Shown here: one piece after another, positions 49,583 through 58,357 of the stretch
Layout: every line of letters starts with the position of its first letter
Numbering within the stretch: position 1 is the first letter of the stretch
Source of the DNA: SAR202 cluster bacterium
GTDB taxonomy: Bacteria; Chloroflexota; Dehalococcoidia; Lucifugimonadales; UBA2962
Length of the DNA: 64,000 nt
Direction: 5' to 3'
Assembly (NCBI GenBank): GCA_009392275.1
Contig: VFGV01000020.1
Span: forward strand, 2,207-66,206
Program-made: the position numbers and the translations under genes
Notes under the pieces: generated by a model
What the model was told of the DNA's origin: nothing
Seen by the model: only the letters and a program-made list of their open reading frames with translations
The model's database searches: none

Positions 49583-50629
49583 TTGATGAGTATTAATTTT
49601 TTCCAACAGTGGATCAATTATCGAAATACTAAAGCCCTAGTAATTATGGGAATCTTAGCAATTCTCGGCTCCATTTTAGTGGCCTGTAGCGAAGAGGCTG
49701 CTACTGAAGAAATGGTGGAGCAGGAAACGATGGTTGAACAAGAAATGGCTGTGGAGGCAACTGTCGTAGTTGAGGAAGTAGTCGAAGAAGTAAGCAAAAC
49801 CATTGTAGATATAGCTGTCGAAGACGGCAGATTCACTACACTGGTAGCAGCATTACAAGCAGCAGAACTTGATTCTGTGTTAGCTGGAGAGGGTCCATTT
49901 ACCGTATTCGCTCCAACCGATGATGCTTTCGCCAAATTACCTGAGGGTACAGTTGCCTCTCTGCTGGAAACAATACCAGCATTGAAAGACATCCTGTTAT
50001 ATCACGTGGTAAGCGGTGATGTGCTTGCTGCAGACGTAGTTACGCTTGAATCAGCTACAACCTTACAAGGTCAAACTGTTTCTATTTCCGCGATGGGAGA
50101 TGTTGTGAAAATCAATGATTCCCAAGTCATAATCACTGACATCCAGGGTAGCAACGGAACAATCCATGTGATTGATACCGTACTTCTGCCTCCAGCTGAG
50201 GAAGTAGTCGAAGAAGTAAGCAAAACCATTGTAGATATAGCTGTCGAAGACGGCAGATTCACTACACTGGTAGCAGCATTACAAGCAGCAGAACTTGATT
50301 CTGTGTTAGCTGGAGAGGGTCCATTTACCGTATTCGCTCCAACCGATGATGCTTTCGCCAAATTACCTGAGGGTACAGTTGCCTCTCTGCTGGAAACAAT
50401 ACCAGCATTGAAAGACATCCTGTTATATCACGTGGTAAGCGGTGATGTGCTTGCTGCAGACGTAGTTACGCTTGAATCAGCTACAACCTTACAAGGTCAA
50501 ACTGTTTCTATTTCCGCGATGGGAGATGTTGTGAAAATCAATGATTCCCAAGTCATAATCACTGACATCCAGGGTAGCAACGGAACAATCCATGTGATTG
50601 ATACCGTACTTCTGCCTCCAGCTGAGTAA
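49583..50629 (+). CDS. Fasciclin (FAS1) domain lipoprotein with two identical FAS1 domains
   Basis: Lipobox LVAC; GPFTVFAPTDDAFAKL, ILLYHVV and NGTIHVIDTVLLP each occur twice. RBS AAGGAG. Confidence 0.93.
   Translation: MMSINFFQQWINYRNTKALVIMGILAILGSILVACSEEAATEEMVEQETMVEQEMAVEATVVVEEVVEEVSKTIVDIAVEDGRFTTLVAALQAAELDSVLAGEGPFTVFAPTDDAFAKLPEGTVASLLETIPALKDILLYHVVSGDVLAADVVTLESATTLQGQTVSISAMGDVVKINDSQVIITDIQGSNGTIHVIDTVLLPPAEEVVEEVSKTIVDIAVEDGRFTTLVAALQAAELDSVLAGEGPFTVFAPTDDAFAKLPEGTVASLLETIPALKDILLYHVVSGDVLAADVVTLESATTLQGQTVSISAMGDVVKINDSQVIITDIQGSNGTIHVIDTVLLPPAE
49771..50626 (+). repeat. Exact tandem duplication, 426-bp unit, two copies
   Basis: 49771-50200 matches 50197-50626 with no mismatch seen by eye; TGAG sits at all three junctions. 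Confidence 0.92.
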
Positions 50630-50661
50630 CCCTGGATAACCTTCTCGGCATTAAATTGCCG

Positions 50662-50700
50662 GAAAAGGATCGGGAGGCCTAATGTCTCCCGATCCTTTTC
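50662..50700. terminator. Bidirectional intrinsic terminator between the convergent fasciclin and regulator genes
   Basis: GAAAAGGATCGGGAGGC-CTAAT-GTCTCCCGATCCTTTTC stem-loop with A-rich and T-rich ends. Confidence 0.85.
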
Positions 50701-50720
50701 TTAATCACAGAGAGATTCTT

Positions 50721-51638
50721 TTATAAACTGGATTGCTGGTCTGGATGACTGGGATCGAACCAGCGACCTCCTGGTTTTAGTCCTAGGTTTAGAGCTTTAT
50801 ATATTCTCAATACTGCCCCAAAAGTTACATTCTGCTTGCCTTGCTCTAAAGCACTTATATATGTCCGATCAAGTTCAGAAGCATTCGCAAGATCTTGCTG
50901 TGTCATCTGTTTCTCTAACCTTGCAGCCCTGATTCTAGATCCAAGGGCAGCTAAATGTTCCTCCAAAGTGAATCCCCCATCGGTAATTCCGACCAAACTT
51001 CTAGCCTGCGTTACGCCTTCGAAAATATTTAATGCCACTGCGTCACAGTTAAGGGAATTTAGTTCAACCTCCCCACTAGTCAAAGCTAGGCCACCGATCA
51101 ATATTTTAGGACTGGGGCTTATCGATTTCAAAGCACGTATTATAGATTTAGCATTGTTTATATAAGTTGGTATTGTGACAGAAATACCCACCATATCCAC
51201 AGATCTGTTCTTAACAAACTCAACAAGATCTTTCCCTGGGGTAGGGCCTCCCATAAAATCAACTTCCCATCCATCAATAATCAAAAAATCACTTAGCATC
51301 CTGGATCCCACCATATGAGTATCTCCCTCAACAGGTACAACAACTGCCCTAAATCCATTAGATTTACGCATCGTACTGGCCTGTGCTCTCAACTCGCTCA
51401 TTATTTCTAGAGTAATTACCGTGCCCAGGTGTTCGACTCCGATATTAATTTCTCCATCATGCCACATTTGCCCTATAACAGATTGGGAATAAGCTAATAG
51501 GTCAACATAAACAGCCTGAATTTCAAGTCCTCTATTCTGAGCATCGGACACAGCTCGCCTGGCCTTATCTGCATCTCCACCTAGTAATGCAGCAACATAC
51601 CGATTTCTCAAAATTTCCAAATCTTGACTTGTACCCAT
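50721..51638 (-). CDS. Cobalamin-binding (CarH/LitR-type photosensor module) transcription regulator with C-terminal XRE HTH
   Basis: Four-helix cap with IGQMWHDGEINIGVEH (W-x9-EH); B12 Rossmann domain GDTHMVG...GWEVDFMG...VGISVT...LIGG; C-terminal RLEKQMTQQDLANASELDRTYISALEQGKQNVT. Confidence 0.88.
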   Translation of the reverse strand: MGTSQDLEILRNRYVAALLGGDADKARRAVSDAQNRGLEIQAVYVDLLAYSQSVIGQMWHDGEINIGVEHLGTVITLEIMSELRAQASTMRKSNGFRAVVVPVEGDTHMVGSRMLSDFLIIDGWEVDFMGGPTPGKDLVEFVKNRSVDMVGISVTIPTYINNAKSIIRALKSISPSPKILIGGLALTSGEVELNSLNCDAVALNIFEGVTQARSLVGITDGGFTLEEHLAALGSRIRAARLEKQMTQQDLANASELDRTYISALEQGKQNVTFGAVLRIYKALNLGLKPGGRWFDPSHPDQQSSL

Positions 51639-51668
51639 AAAAGGACTCCCGTTATAAATTATCTATTT

Positions 51669-51805
51669 TGTAGAATATAGTTGACATCTCTTTGTTGTCA
51701 TGTTACATTTATACCATATTAATGTAGATTATATGAGACATTGATATTCATACGAGCTATAAATAAGCTACACATAAGCATATCAGATGTCAAATATTAA
51801 CGACA
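51669..51805 (+). promoter_or_regulatory. Divergent promoter region with three TGT-N12-ACA boxes
   Basis: -35 TTGACA at 51681-86, 17-bp spacer, extended -10 TGtTACATT at 51701-09. Boxes at 51669-86, 51723-40 and 51788-805. Confidence 0.78.
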
Positions 51806-51826
51806 AACTGACATGGAGTAAACGAA

Positions 51827-52015
51827 ATGATTTTGTTAAAGGGCTGCGGTAGGTGTGACGGTGACATTGTGATGAGGGGTGATATACATGGCAAATACCT
51901 GCAATGCTTGATGTGCAGCCGAGTAAAATATATAGAGACTACGCCAGAGATTAGTGCTCGTCGTAGCCACACTCGCCGTAGGTTATTTAAACCAACCGAC
52001 TTTGTTGCGATATAG
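51827..52015 (+). CDS. Small zinc-ribbon protein
   Basis: CGRC...CLMC with a basic tail; RBS GGAG upstream; first ORF after the promoter. Confidence 0.7.
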   Translation: MILLKGCGRCDGDIVMRGDIHGKYLQCLMCSRVKYIETTPEISARRSHTRRRLFKPTDFVAI

Positions 52016-52206
52016 CAATCAAACTTGTTAACAGATCTTCATGGGATGACGAAAATTTAACTAACAGTTAAACAAGTTGTAATCATCAGATAACAGTAAT
52101 CATGTTGGTTTATGTTGTACTGGATAGGTGGACTCTCTCACATACGTCGTTTGCCTGTCTAAACATCTAAGACAATCATCAAATTTTAAATAAAGTAGAG
52201 AGTATT

Positions 52207-53328
52207 ATGCATTGGGCAATAGAAAAAGAAGATAGAACAGATAGTGATCCAACAGGAGTTGACGGCTTCGTGAAGCGCATGGAGAGTGAGCTTCGAGGAG
52301 ACGGACCTCCTATGGAGGGTTTCCACTTCCTTAATACTCCTATGGACATGTTAACGTTCACACGAGAAATCGAGGACGAAATTCGGTCTAGGGAGCAGGG
52401 AGCTGATCTATACGTTGGATTTCAAACAGCTGAAAAGATGATCATTGAGGGCAAGCGGTACCAAAAAATCGATCAGGCTGGGGCTAAGGTAGTCGCTTTT
52501 GGACAGGGGGTACCGCCCGAAACGGTTATCCCTTCCGACATGCAATGGGTAACTCTTGAACGGAGTACAACCGCGCTAGCGAATCAGTGGTACTTAATTT
52601 CCACCAGACCTACACCGATTGGATTTGTAGCATGGGAAACCTCGGCTGAAGACCGGTTCGCCAAAGGAGGACTGTCCGAACCAGGCAAAATGTTCAAAGG
52701 ATTTGCTACCAATGACACACGAGTCATAAATGCAATTGTTAGCCACCTGGAAGACTTGAACCAACAAAATCTGTCATTAGAAAGTGCTCGAACTGCTCTG
52801 AAAACGCAATTGAAAACTCCGATAAAAAAGATCATGACGCTAACGGAAAGATCAGAATCAGTTCTTATGAAACTTTTAAGAAGCCAGGCAGCACAACTTG
52901 CTAATTCTAATGCAGCGGAATTGATTTTATTTGAATTAACTGCTGCATCATACTTGGCAAGCCCGTACCCAGAAGAGGATCGAAGCAAGTGGATCCGAAT
53001 ACTAAATGAACGTGACTTAATGCTGTTCGGTCGGTCGCCGATCGCAAAACAGCTAAATCAACTCGAAACCAGTGGAATTTCAGCTGGAGCAATCCTCCCG
53101 ACAACTCATGGATTTAGACATCTTGCCGAATGGGCTGAAAAAGAGAATATTGACGTGATTATCATACCTTTTTCATTAGTAGATCCAGGATTACTGGAAA
53201 GATTGCGTGGATATAGTCTTAGGCAGTTGCTTGAAAACACATCAAAGCAAGTAGTGGTAGTAGATGAAGATGGCACGATGTGGCATGCAAATCCCGGATC
53301 ACTTCCTGCTGGCGACCAAGTTGCTTAA
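52207..53328 (+). CDS. DICT sensory domain fused to a universal stress protein (USP)-like domain
   Basis: REIEDEI...VGFQ...RYQKI...VVAFG...LANQWYLI...VAWE fits a DICT pattern. C-terminal LAEWAEKENIDVIIIP...QVVVV is USP-like. Confidence 0.65.
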   Translation: MHWAIEKEDRTDSDPTGVDGFVKRMESELRGDGPPMEGFHFLNTPMDMLTFTREIEDEIRSREQGADLYVGFQTAEKMIIEGKRYQKIDQAGAKVVAFGQGVPPETVIPSDMQWVTLERSTTALANQWYLISTRPTPIGFVAWETSAEDRFAKGGLSEPGKMFKGFATNDTRVINAIVSHLEDLNQQNLSLESARTALKTQLKTPIKKIMTLTERSESVLMKLLRSQAAQLANSNAAELILFELTAASYLASPYPEEDRSKWIRILNERDLMLFGRSPIAKQLNQLETSGISAGAILPTTHGFRHLAEWAEKENIDVIIIPFSLVDPGLLERLRGYSLRQLLENTSKQVVVVDEDGTMWHANPGSLPAGDQVA

Positions 53329-53360
53329 TTAAATTATTAGATAACTACCGGATCAAAATA

Positions 53361-54815
53361 ATGACTTATTCAACAAACCCAACAGTAGTATGGTTCAGAC
53401 GAGATCTACGTTTATCAGACAACAGAGCTCTAACTGAAGCGGTAACCAAGCATGCTCCTATTCTCCCAATATACATATGGGGATATGAGGGTGATTTGAC
53501 CGCATCAAACAAAACTAGATCAGTTTGGTGGCTTTTAAAGTCTCTTCGAAACCTAGATCATGACTTAAAGTTAGTTGGCTCAAAATTAGTGATACTCAAG
53601 GGAAACCCTTTAGGTGTTATTTCTAAACTTGCGTATCAAATATCGCCTCGAGCCATATACTGGAACAAAGTCTACGAGCCAAACCGAATATCACTCGACA
53701 GAAAGATTTCTCTTCGTCTAGATAATCTCAATATAGAACACAGTTCGTTTGAGGGACACCTGTTATGGAACCCGGAGGAAATAAGAAATGTTGACGGTGG
53801 CCATTACCAAACTTTTACTGCTTTCTGGAATAAAGCAAACAAATTACCTATGTTTGGAGCCAGTTCGCAAAAACCCAATGTTTTACCTATGCCCTTGTTT
53901 GATCACGACAGTATTTCTATAGATGAGCTCGAGAGAAACACGACGGCCAGCAGGAATAAGAACTTAGTAAATTACTGGTCTCCAAGCGAAGATAGTGCAA
54001 ACCAACTTTTGGGCAACTTTATCTCAACGAAACTAGAGGTATATGAAAAGACTCGAAACATACCTCACATCAGCAATTCAAAGTTATCACCATATATCCA
54101 CTTCGGCCAGGTAAGCCCTTTTACGATTTGGTCAAGAACTATATCTGAGCTAGAAAACATAGATGCTCAAAATCAATTTTTGAAACAACTTGCTTGGCGT
54201 GACTTTGCCCACTATGTGCTAATCCATAATCCCGGGGCAATCAATAACCCAATCAAACCACAATTTCAGCGGTTTCCTTGGGTAAATGACCCCAAAGGTT
54301 TCAGCTCTTGGAAATTAGGTGAAACAGGTTACCCAATAGTTGATGCTGGTTTGAGGGAACTATCTGAAACTGGATTCATGCATAATCGGGTGAGAATGGT
54401 CGCAGCTTCATTTTTAACCAAACACCTGTTAATTCACTGGAATAAAGGAGCCAGACACTTTGAAGATATGTTGGTTGATGCCGATCTGGCAAACAACATT
54501 ATGGGTTGGCAATGGGTTGCAGGAACTGGAACTGACTCGATGCCTTACTTCCGCATATTTAATCCAACACTTCAAGGAAAACGTTTTGATCCACACGGAA
54601 AGTATGTGAAACGATGGATACCAGAACTATCCAAAATTCCGCAAGTTTGGGTGCACCAGCCTTGGCAGAGCCCTGAGAGAACGCTAAGCATGGTTGGAAT
54701 TAAATTAGGTAAAACATACCCATTCCCCATTATTGATCACGATATGGCCAGAGTTAGGGCTCTTGACGCATACAAAGTAACGCAATTAACAAACAAAGTT
54801 AGTCAATTAATTTAG
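53361..54815 (+). CDS. phrB: Deoxyribodipyrimidine photolyase (cryptochrome/photolyase family)
   Basis: VWFRRDLRLSDN, SKLSPYIHFG, WRDF, TGYPIVDAGLREL, HNRVRM, DADLANNIMGWQW and RIFNP. Likely start is ATG 53361. Confidence 0.95.
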   Translation: MTYSTNPTVVWFRRDLRLSDNRALTEAVTKHAPILPIYIWGYEGDLTASNKTRSVWWLLKSLRNLDHDLKLVGSKLVILKGNPLGVISKLAYQISPRAIYWNKVYEPNRISLDRKISLRLDNLNIEHSSFEGHLLWNPEEIRNVDGGHYQTFTAFWNKANKLPMFGASSQKPNVLPMPLFDHDSISIDELERNTTASRNKNLVNYWSPSEDSANQLLGNFISTKLEVYEKTRNIPHISNSKLSPYIHFGQVSPFTIWSRTISELENIDAQNQFLKQLAWRDFAHYVLIHNPGAINNPIKPQFQRFPWVNDPKGFSSWKLGETGYPIVDAGLRELSETGFMHNRVRMVAASFLTKHLLIHWNKGARHFEDMLVDADLANNIMGWQWVAGTGTDSMPYFRIFNPTLQGKRFDPHGKYVKRWIPELSKIPQVWVHQPWQSPERTLSMVGIKLGKTYPFPIIDHDMARVRALDAYKVTQLTNKVSQLI

Positions 54816-54840
54816 AAAACATTTATAAAGGAGGTCCAAA

Positions 54841-55044
54841 ATGGACAACGAAAAAACAACTTGGATAAATATTGCAGAAGGTCTGTATGAATTTTTAAAT
54901 CGCAACCAAACCACAATACAATACACATTCAAAGACATGACGGTTGCTGTTCCACAAGACACTGGCGATAATGCGCCATCTGCCAAATGGCATATTGATG
55001 GAACGATAAGGGTAAACACTTGGGAAGGCAATGCATCAGAGTAA
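54841..55044 (+). CDS. Small hypothetical protein in the photolyase cluster
   Basis: Strong RBS AAGGAGG; 67 aa with plausible composition. Confidence 0.7.
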   Translation: MDNEKTTWINIAEGLYEFLNRNQTTIQYTFKDMTVAVPQDTGDNAPSAKWHIDGTIRVNTWEGNASE

Positions 55045-55411
55045 TGTGCCTGATCAACTGACAAAGATAGTTCTGTCTGGAATACTCGATGTACAAATTG
55101 GCAAGGCAACTGCCAAAATTCAAGCAGAGGGAGACGTTATTACAGTTGAGCTGAATAGTTTTTTCAATTGGATTCCGTTGCTAAGATCACCGGCATTGAA
55201 AACATTATTTCAACTAAAACGATTACCTTCATTCCTTGAAAACCTTGGCATTACAATCAACATTAATCATGGGCGAACTCCGATTGTGTCTATAGGGTCA
55301 CGTGTTAATGCAGATAACCAAAACGTAAAAATAATTGGTCCAAATATAGCAATCAATAATTCAATTTGGTGGCTCAGAACTGTATCAAATATCTTTAAAG
55401 GCCAGCTGTAA
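55031..55411 (+). CDS. Hypothetical protein in the photolyase cluster
   Basis: 126-aa ORF overlapping the upstream gene and ending 1 bp before the next start. Confidence 0.65.
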   Translation: MHQSNVPDQLTKIVLSGILDVQIGKATAKIQAEGDVITVELNSFFNWIPLLRSPALKTLFQLKRLPSFLENLGITININHGRTPIVSIGSRVNADNQNVKIIGPNIAINNSIWWLRTVSNIFKGQL

Positions 55412-55412
55412 T

Positions 55413-56897
55413 ATGAGTAGTTCTCAACAAACTCAGACTGCAAATAAATCAAAACAAATTGTTTTGATCACCGGTGCCACTGGTTATGTTGGAGGTCGTC
55501 TGCTGAAAAGATTGGAGGGTAGAAAACTATCAATTAGATGTATTGCTCGTAATCCTGAGTACCTAATGCCTCGAATCGATTCAAATACCGAAGTAATTCC
55601 AGGAGATGTATTAGACTCACAAACTCTGGGATTAGTTATGAAAAACGTCACAACGGCTTTTTATCTAATTCACGCTATGGGTAAATCGAAAAACTTTGAG
55701 CACGACGAACTTTTGGGCGCTCGTAATTTTGGATATGCAGCGAAACAAGCAGGTGTAAAAAGAATCATATATCTTGGCGGCATAATAAATCAGGATGAAC
55801 AATTGTCACCGCACCTGAGAAGTCGTAAAGCCGTTGGTGAAGCGCTTAGAGAATCGGGAGTTGAGATTATTGAGCTGAGAGCCTCCATAATAATTGGTGC
55901 AGGAAGCGCTTCATTTGACATGATAAGAGCTTTAGTTGAACGCCTCCCAATAATGCTGATGCCTAGATGGGTCTCAACACCTGCTCAACCAATTGGTATT
56001 AAAGACGTTCTAGACTACCTTGAGGAATCCATCGAGATTGACACACAAGGGCGAACTATTTTTGAGATTGGCGGCTCTAAAGCTTTGTCATACCGAAGCA
56101 TGATGGAAGAGTACGGTTTGCAACGTGGTTTGCGTCGACTGATGATTCCTGTGCCTGTACTGACTCCAAGGCTATCTAGCCTGTGGCTTGGTTTAGTTAC
56201 TCCATTGTATGCCAGGGTTGGACGAACTCTGATTGATAGCATAAAACACTCAACAGTAGTTCGTGATCACGCGGCCAGATCTATATTTAAAATCACCCCT
56301 ATGTCACCTGAAGACGCTATTCGCCTTGCTTTAAAACATGAGAGGGAAGAAATAGAGCAAAGTAATTGGGCTGATGCTGTGTCATCATCTGGAATTCCAA
56401 TGCGTTGGGGGGGGGTCCGCCTCGGATCAAGAATAGTAGACATGCGTAAAATTAATGTAAACGCTTCTCGAGAACAAGCTTTTCGGCCAATTAGGCTAAT
56501 TGGTGGAGATTCAGGATGGTACTATGGCAACTGGCTATGGCGCCTCAGAGGATGGATGGATCTCCTCGTCGGCGGAGTCGGTCTGCGGAGAGGAAGAAGA
56601 TACCCAAACAAGATAACTACTGGAGACTACCTTGACTGGTGGAGAGTGAATCTTTATGAGAAAGATCATCGGCTAGTTTTAGAAGCTGAAATGAAAACCC
56701 CGGGGCGTGCCTGGCTAAGCTTCGAAGTGAAACAAACAAATCAAGGGTGCCAAATTATCCAAACTGCCGCATTTCAACCGGTTGGTTTGCTAGGTTTGGC
56801 ATATTGGTATTGCCTGTACCCAATTCATTCTGTGATGTTTAGAGGAATGTTAAATGGTATCGCCAGGCAAGCACTATCACCGGTAACACGAATTTAA
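55413..56897 (+). CDS. NAD(P)-binding SDR-like oxidoreductase with C-terminal DUF2867 (YbjT-like)
   Basis: TGATGYVG, RASIIIGAGSASF; C-terminal IGGDSGWYY..WLWRLRGWMD, AEMKTPGRAWL and GLAYWY. Confidence 0.88.
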   Translation: MSSSQQTQTANKSKQIVLITGATGYVGGRLLKRLEGRKLSIRCIARNPEYLMPRIDSNTEVIPGDVLDSQTLGLVMKNVTTAFYLIHAMGKSKNFEHDELLGARNFGYAAKQAGVKRIIYLGGIINQDEQLSPHLRSRKAVGEALRESGVEIIELRASIIIGAGSASFDMIRALVERLPIMLMPRWVSTPAQPIGIKDVLDYLEESIEIDTQGRTIFEIGGSKALSYRSMMEEYGLQRGLRRLMIPVPVLTPRLSSLWLGLVTPLYARVGRTLIDSIKHSTVVRDHAARSIFKITPMSPEDAIRLALKHEREEIEQSNWADAVSSSGIPMRWGGVRLGSRIVDMRKINVNASREQAFRPIRLIGGDSGWYYGNWLWRLRGWMDLLVGGVGLRRGRRYPNKITTGDYLDWWRVNLYEKDHRLVLEAEMKTPGRAWLSFEVKQTNQGCQIIQTAAFQPVGLLGLAYWYCLYPIHSVMFRGMLNGIARQALSPVTRI

Positions 56898-56938
56898 CAC
56901 TATCCGGGTACTAACCAGAACAAAAAGGATAAACTAAA

Positions 56939-57703
56939 TTGATTAATGAAAAACGTAATTACGTTGTATTTGGAGCTACTGGCACGATAGCTTCTGCGCT
57001 ATCAGCAAAACTCAGAGATCAAGGTCACCAATTATTTTTGACTGGCAGGAATACCGATAAAATAAGGACTTTATCAGACTCGTTAAAAAGCCCTGTGGCG
57101 GTATGTGATGCTACCAGCAATGAAGATGTGGCTAAAATAATGGAGCAGGCTCTTGAAGAATTGGGAACTATTCATGGAGTAGTAAACTGTGTAGGGTCTC
57201 TTCTAATTAAGCCCGCTCACCTGACAACTGAAGATGAATGGCAAAATACAATAGATACTAATCTGAAATCAGCCTTTCTAATCATAAGAAATGCTTCCAA
57301 ATCAATGATGAGGACAGGCGGCTCCATTGTGTTGTTGTCGTCGGCAGCCGGAAGATATGGAATGTCAAATCATGAAGCGATCGCTGCTTCAAAAGCCGGT
57401 GTTATAGGACTTACAAAATCAGCTGCGTCTACATACGCTTCTCGTGGCATTAGAGTCAATTGCGTCGCGCCAGGATTTGTTGAAACGCAGATGACTGCGG
57501 AGATTGCGGCAAACGAAACCACTATGCAAGCCATTACCTATATGCATCCGCTAGGAAAAACAGGCACCCCAGTAAATATTGCATCTGCAATAGGATGGCT
57601 ATTGGATGAGGAGCAAAACTGGATTACTGGTCAGGTTATAGGGGTAGACGGCGGCCTTTCAACTGTGCAACCAAGACTAAGAGTCAGCAGCACAGCAAAG
57701 TGA
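56939..57703 (+). CDS. Short-chain dehydrogenase/reductase (atypical catalytic motif)
   Basis: FGATGTIA, NCVGS and IRVNCVAPG; HEAIAASK stands in place of YxxxK. Confidence 0.88.
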   Translation: MINEKRNYVVFGATGTIASALSAKLRDQGHQLFLTGRNTDKIRTLSDSLKSPVAVCDATSNEDVAKIMEQALEELGTIHGVVNCVGSLLIKPAHLTTEDEWQNTIDTNLKSAFLIIRNASKSMMRTGGSIVLLSSAAGRYGMSNHEAIAASKAGVIGLTKSAASTYASRGIRVNCVAPGFVETQMTAEIAANETTMQAITYMHPLGKTGTPVNIASAIGWLLDEEQNWITGQVIGVDGGLSTVQPRLRVSSTAK

Positions 57704-57878
57704 ACAGAATGATCTCTCTAGTTTTTATTACCAGCCATTAAAAAAAACACCAACACATTCACTACTAATCTACTAAACTAGACAAGAGTTTAAACTAAAA
57801 TAAATTATTCTTTAATCAGTTATATGTTAGAGGTAAAGAGTGTTTGGGCCAATATAAATAGTTTCAACTAAAGTAACT

Positions 57879-58352
57879 ATGAGTAAATCAGAATCACAAT
57901 TCAAAATAAGAAAAGCCACTAATGAAGATATAGATATACTCGCGATTTTTTCGTTAGCGGTGATAAAAGAGGGCGATGGGGTTTCTATACCTTCTGAACA
58001 CGTCAAACCCGGAATTGAAGCCGTCCTTAAAGATGAGAGTAAGGGCTTTTATTTGGTAGCTACTGCGGATGACAATTCCGATCCCATCGGATGCCTTATG
58101 GTAACCTTCGAATGGAGTGATGTGAACAATGGCTTTTACTGGTGGATTCAAAGCGTATACGTTGATCCAAAATGGAGGCGCAAGGGTGTATATTCTGCTT
58201 TGCACAACCGAATAATAAAATTAGCAAAATCAACTGCAAACGTCACAAGAATAAAGCTATATGTCCATGAAACAAACATAACAGCGCAAACGACATACAT
58301 GGCACAAGGCATGAAAGAAGCTCCTCACAAAATTTTTGAATTCTACCTTTAA
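57879..58352 (+). CDS. GNAT family N-acetyltransferase
   Basis: EWSD...WWIQSVYVDPKWRRKGVY and N..AQ..Y. Confidence 0.9.
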   Translation: MSKSESQFKIRKATNEDIDILAIFSLAVIKEGDGVSIPSEHVKPGIEAVLKDESKGFYLVATADDNSDPIGCLMVTFEWSDVNNGFYWWIQSVYVDPKWRRKGVYSALHNRIIKLAKSTANVTRIKLYVHETNITAQTTYMAQGMKEAPHKIFEFYL

Positions 58353-58357
58353 CAGAA

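Noticed and set aside
50721-51638. Regulator as a restriction-modification controller protein or a corrinoid methyltransferase protein
   Set aside because: No REase, MTase or methyltransferase partners nearby; the W-x9-EH motif and photolyase context favour a photosensor.
49450-51805. Boxes as PpsR/CrtJ sites
   Set aside because: The consensus matches, but no PpsR or photosynthesis genes are present in the window, and the adjacent XRE protein is the simpler explanation. Not excluded genome-wide.
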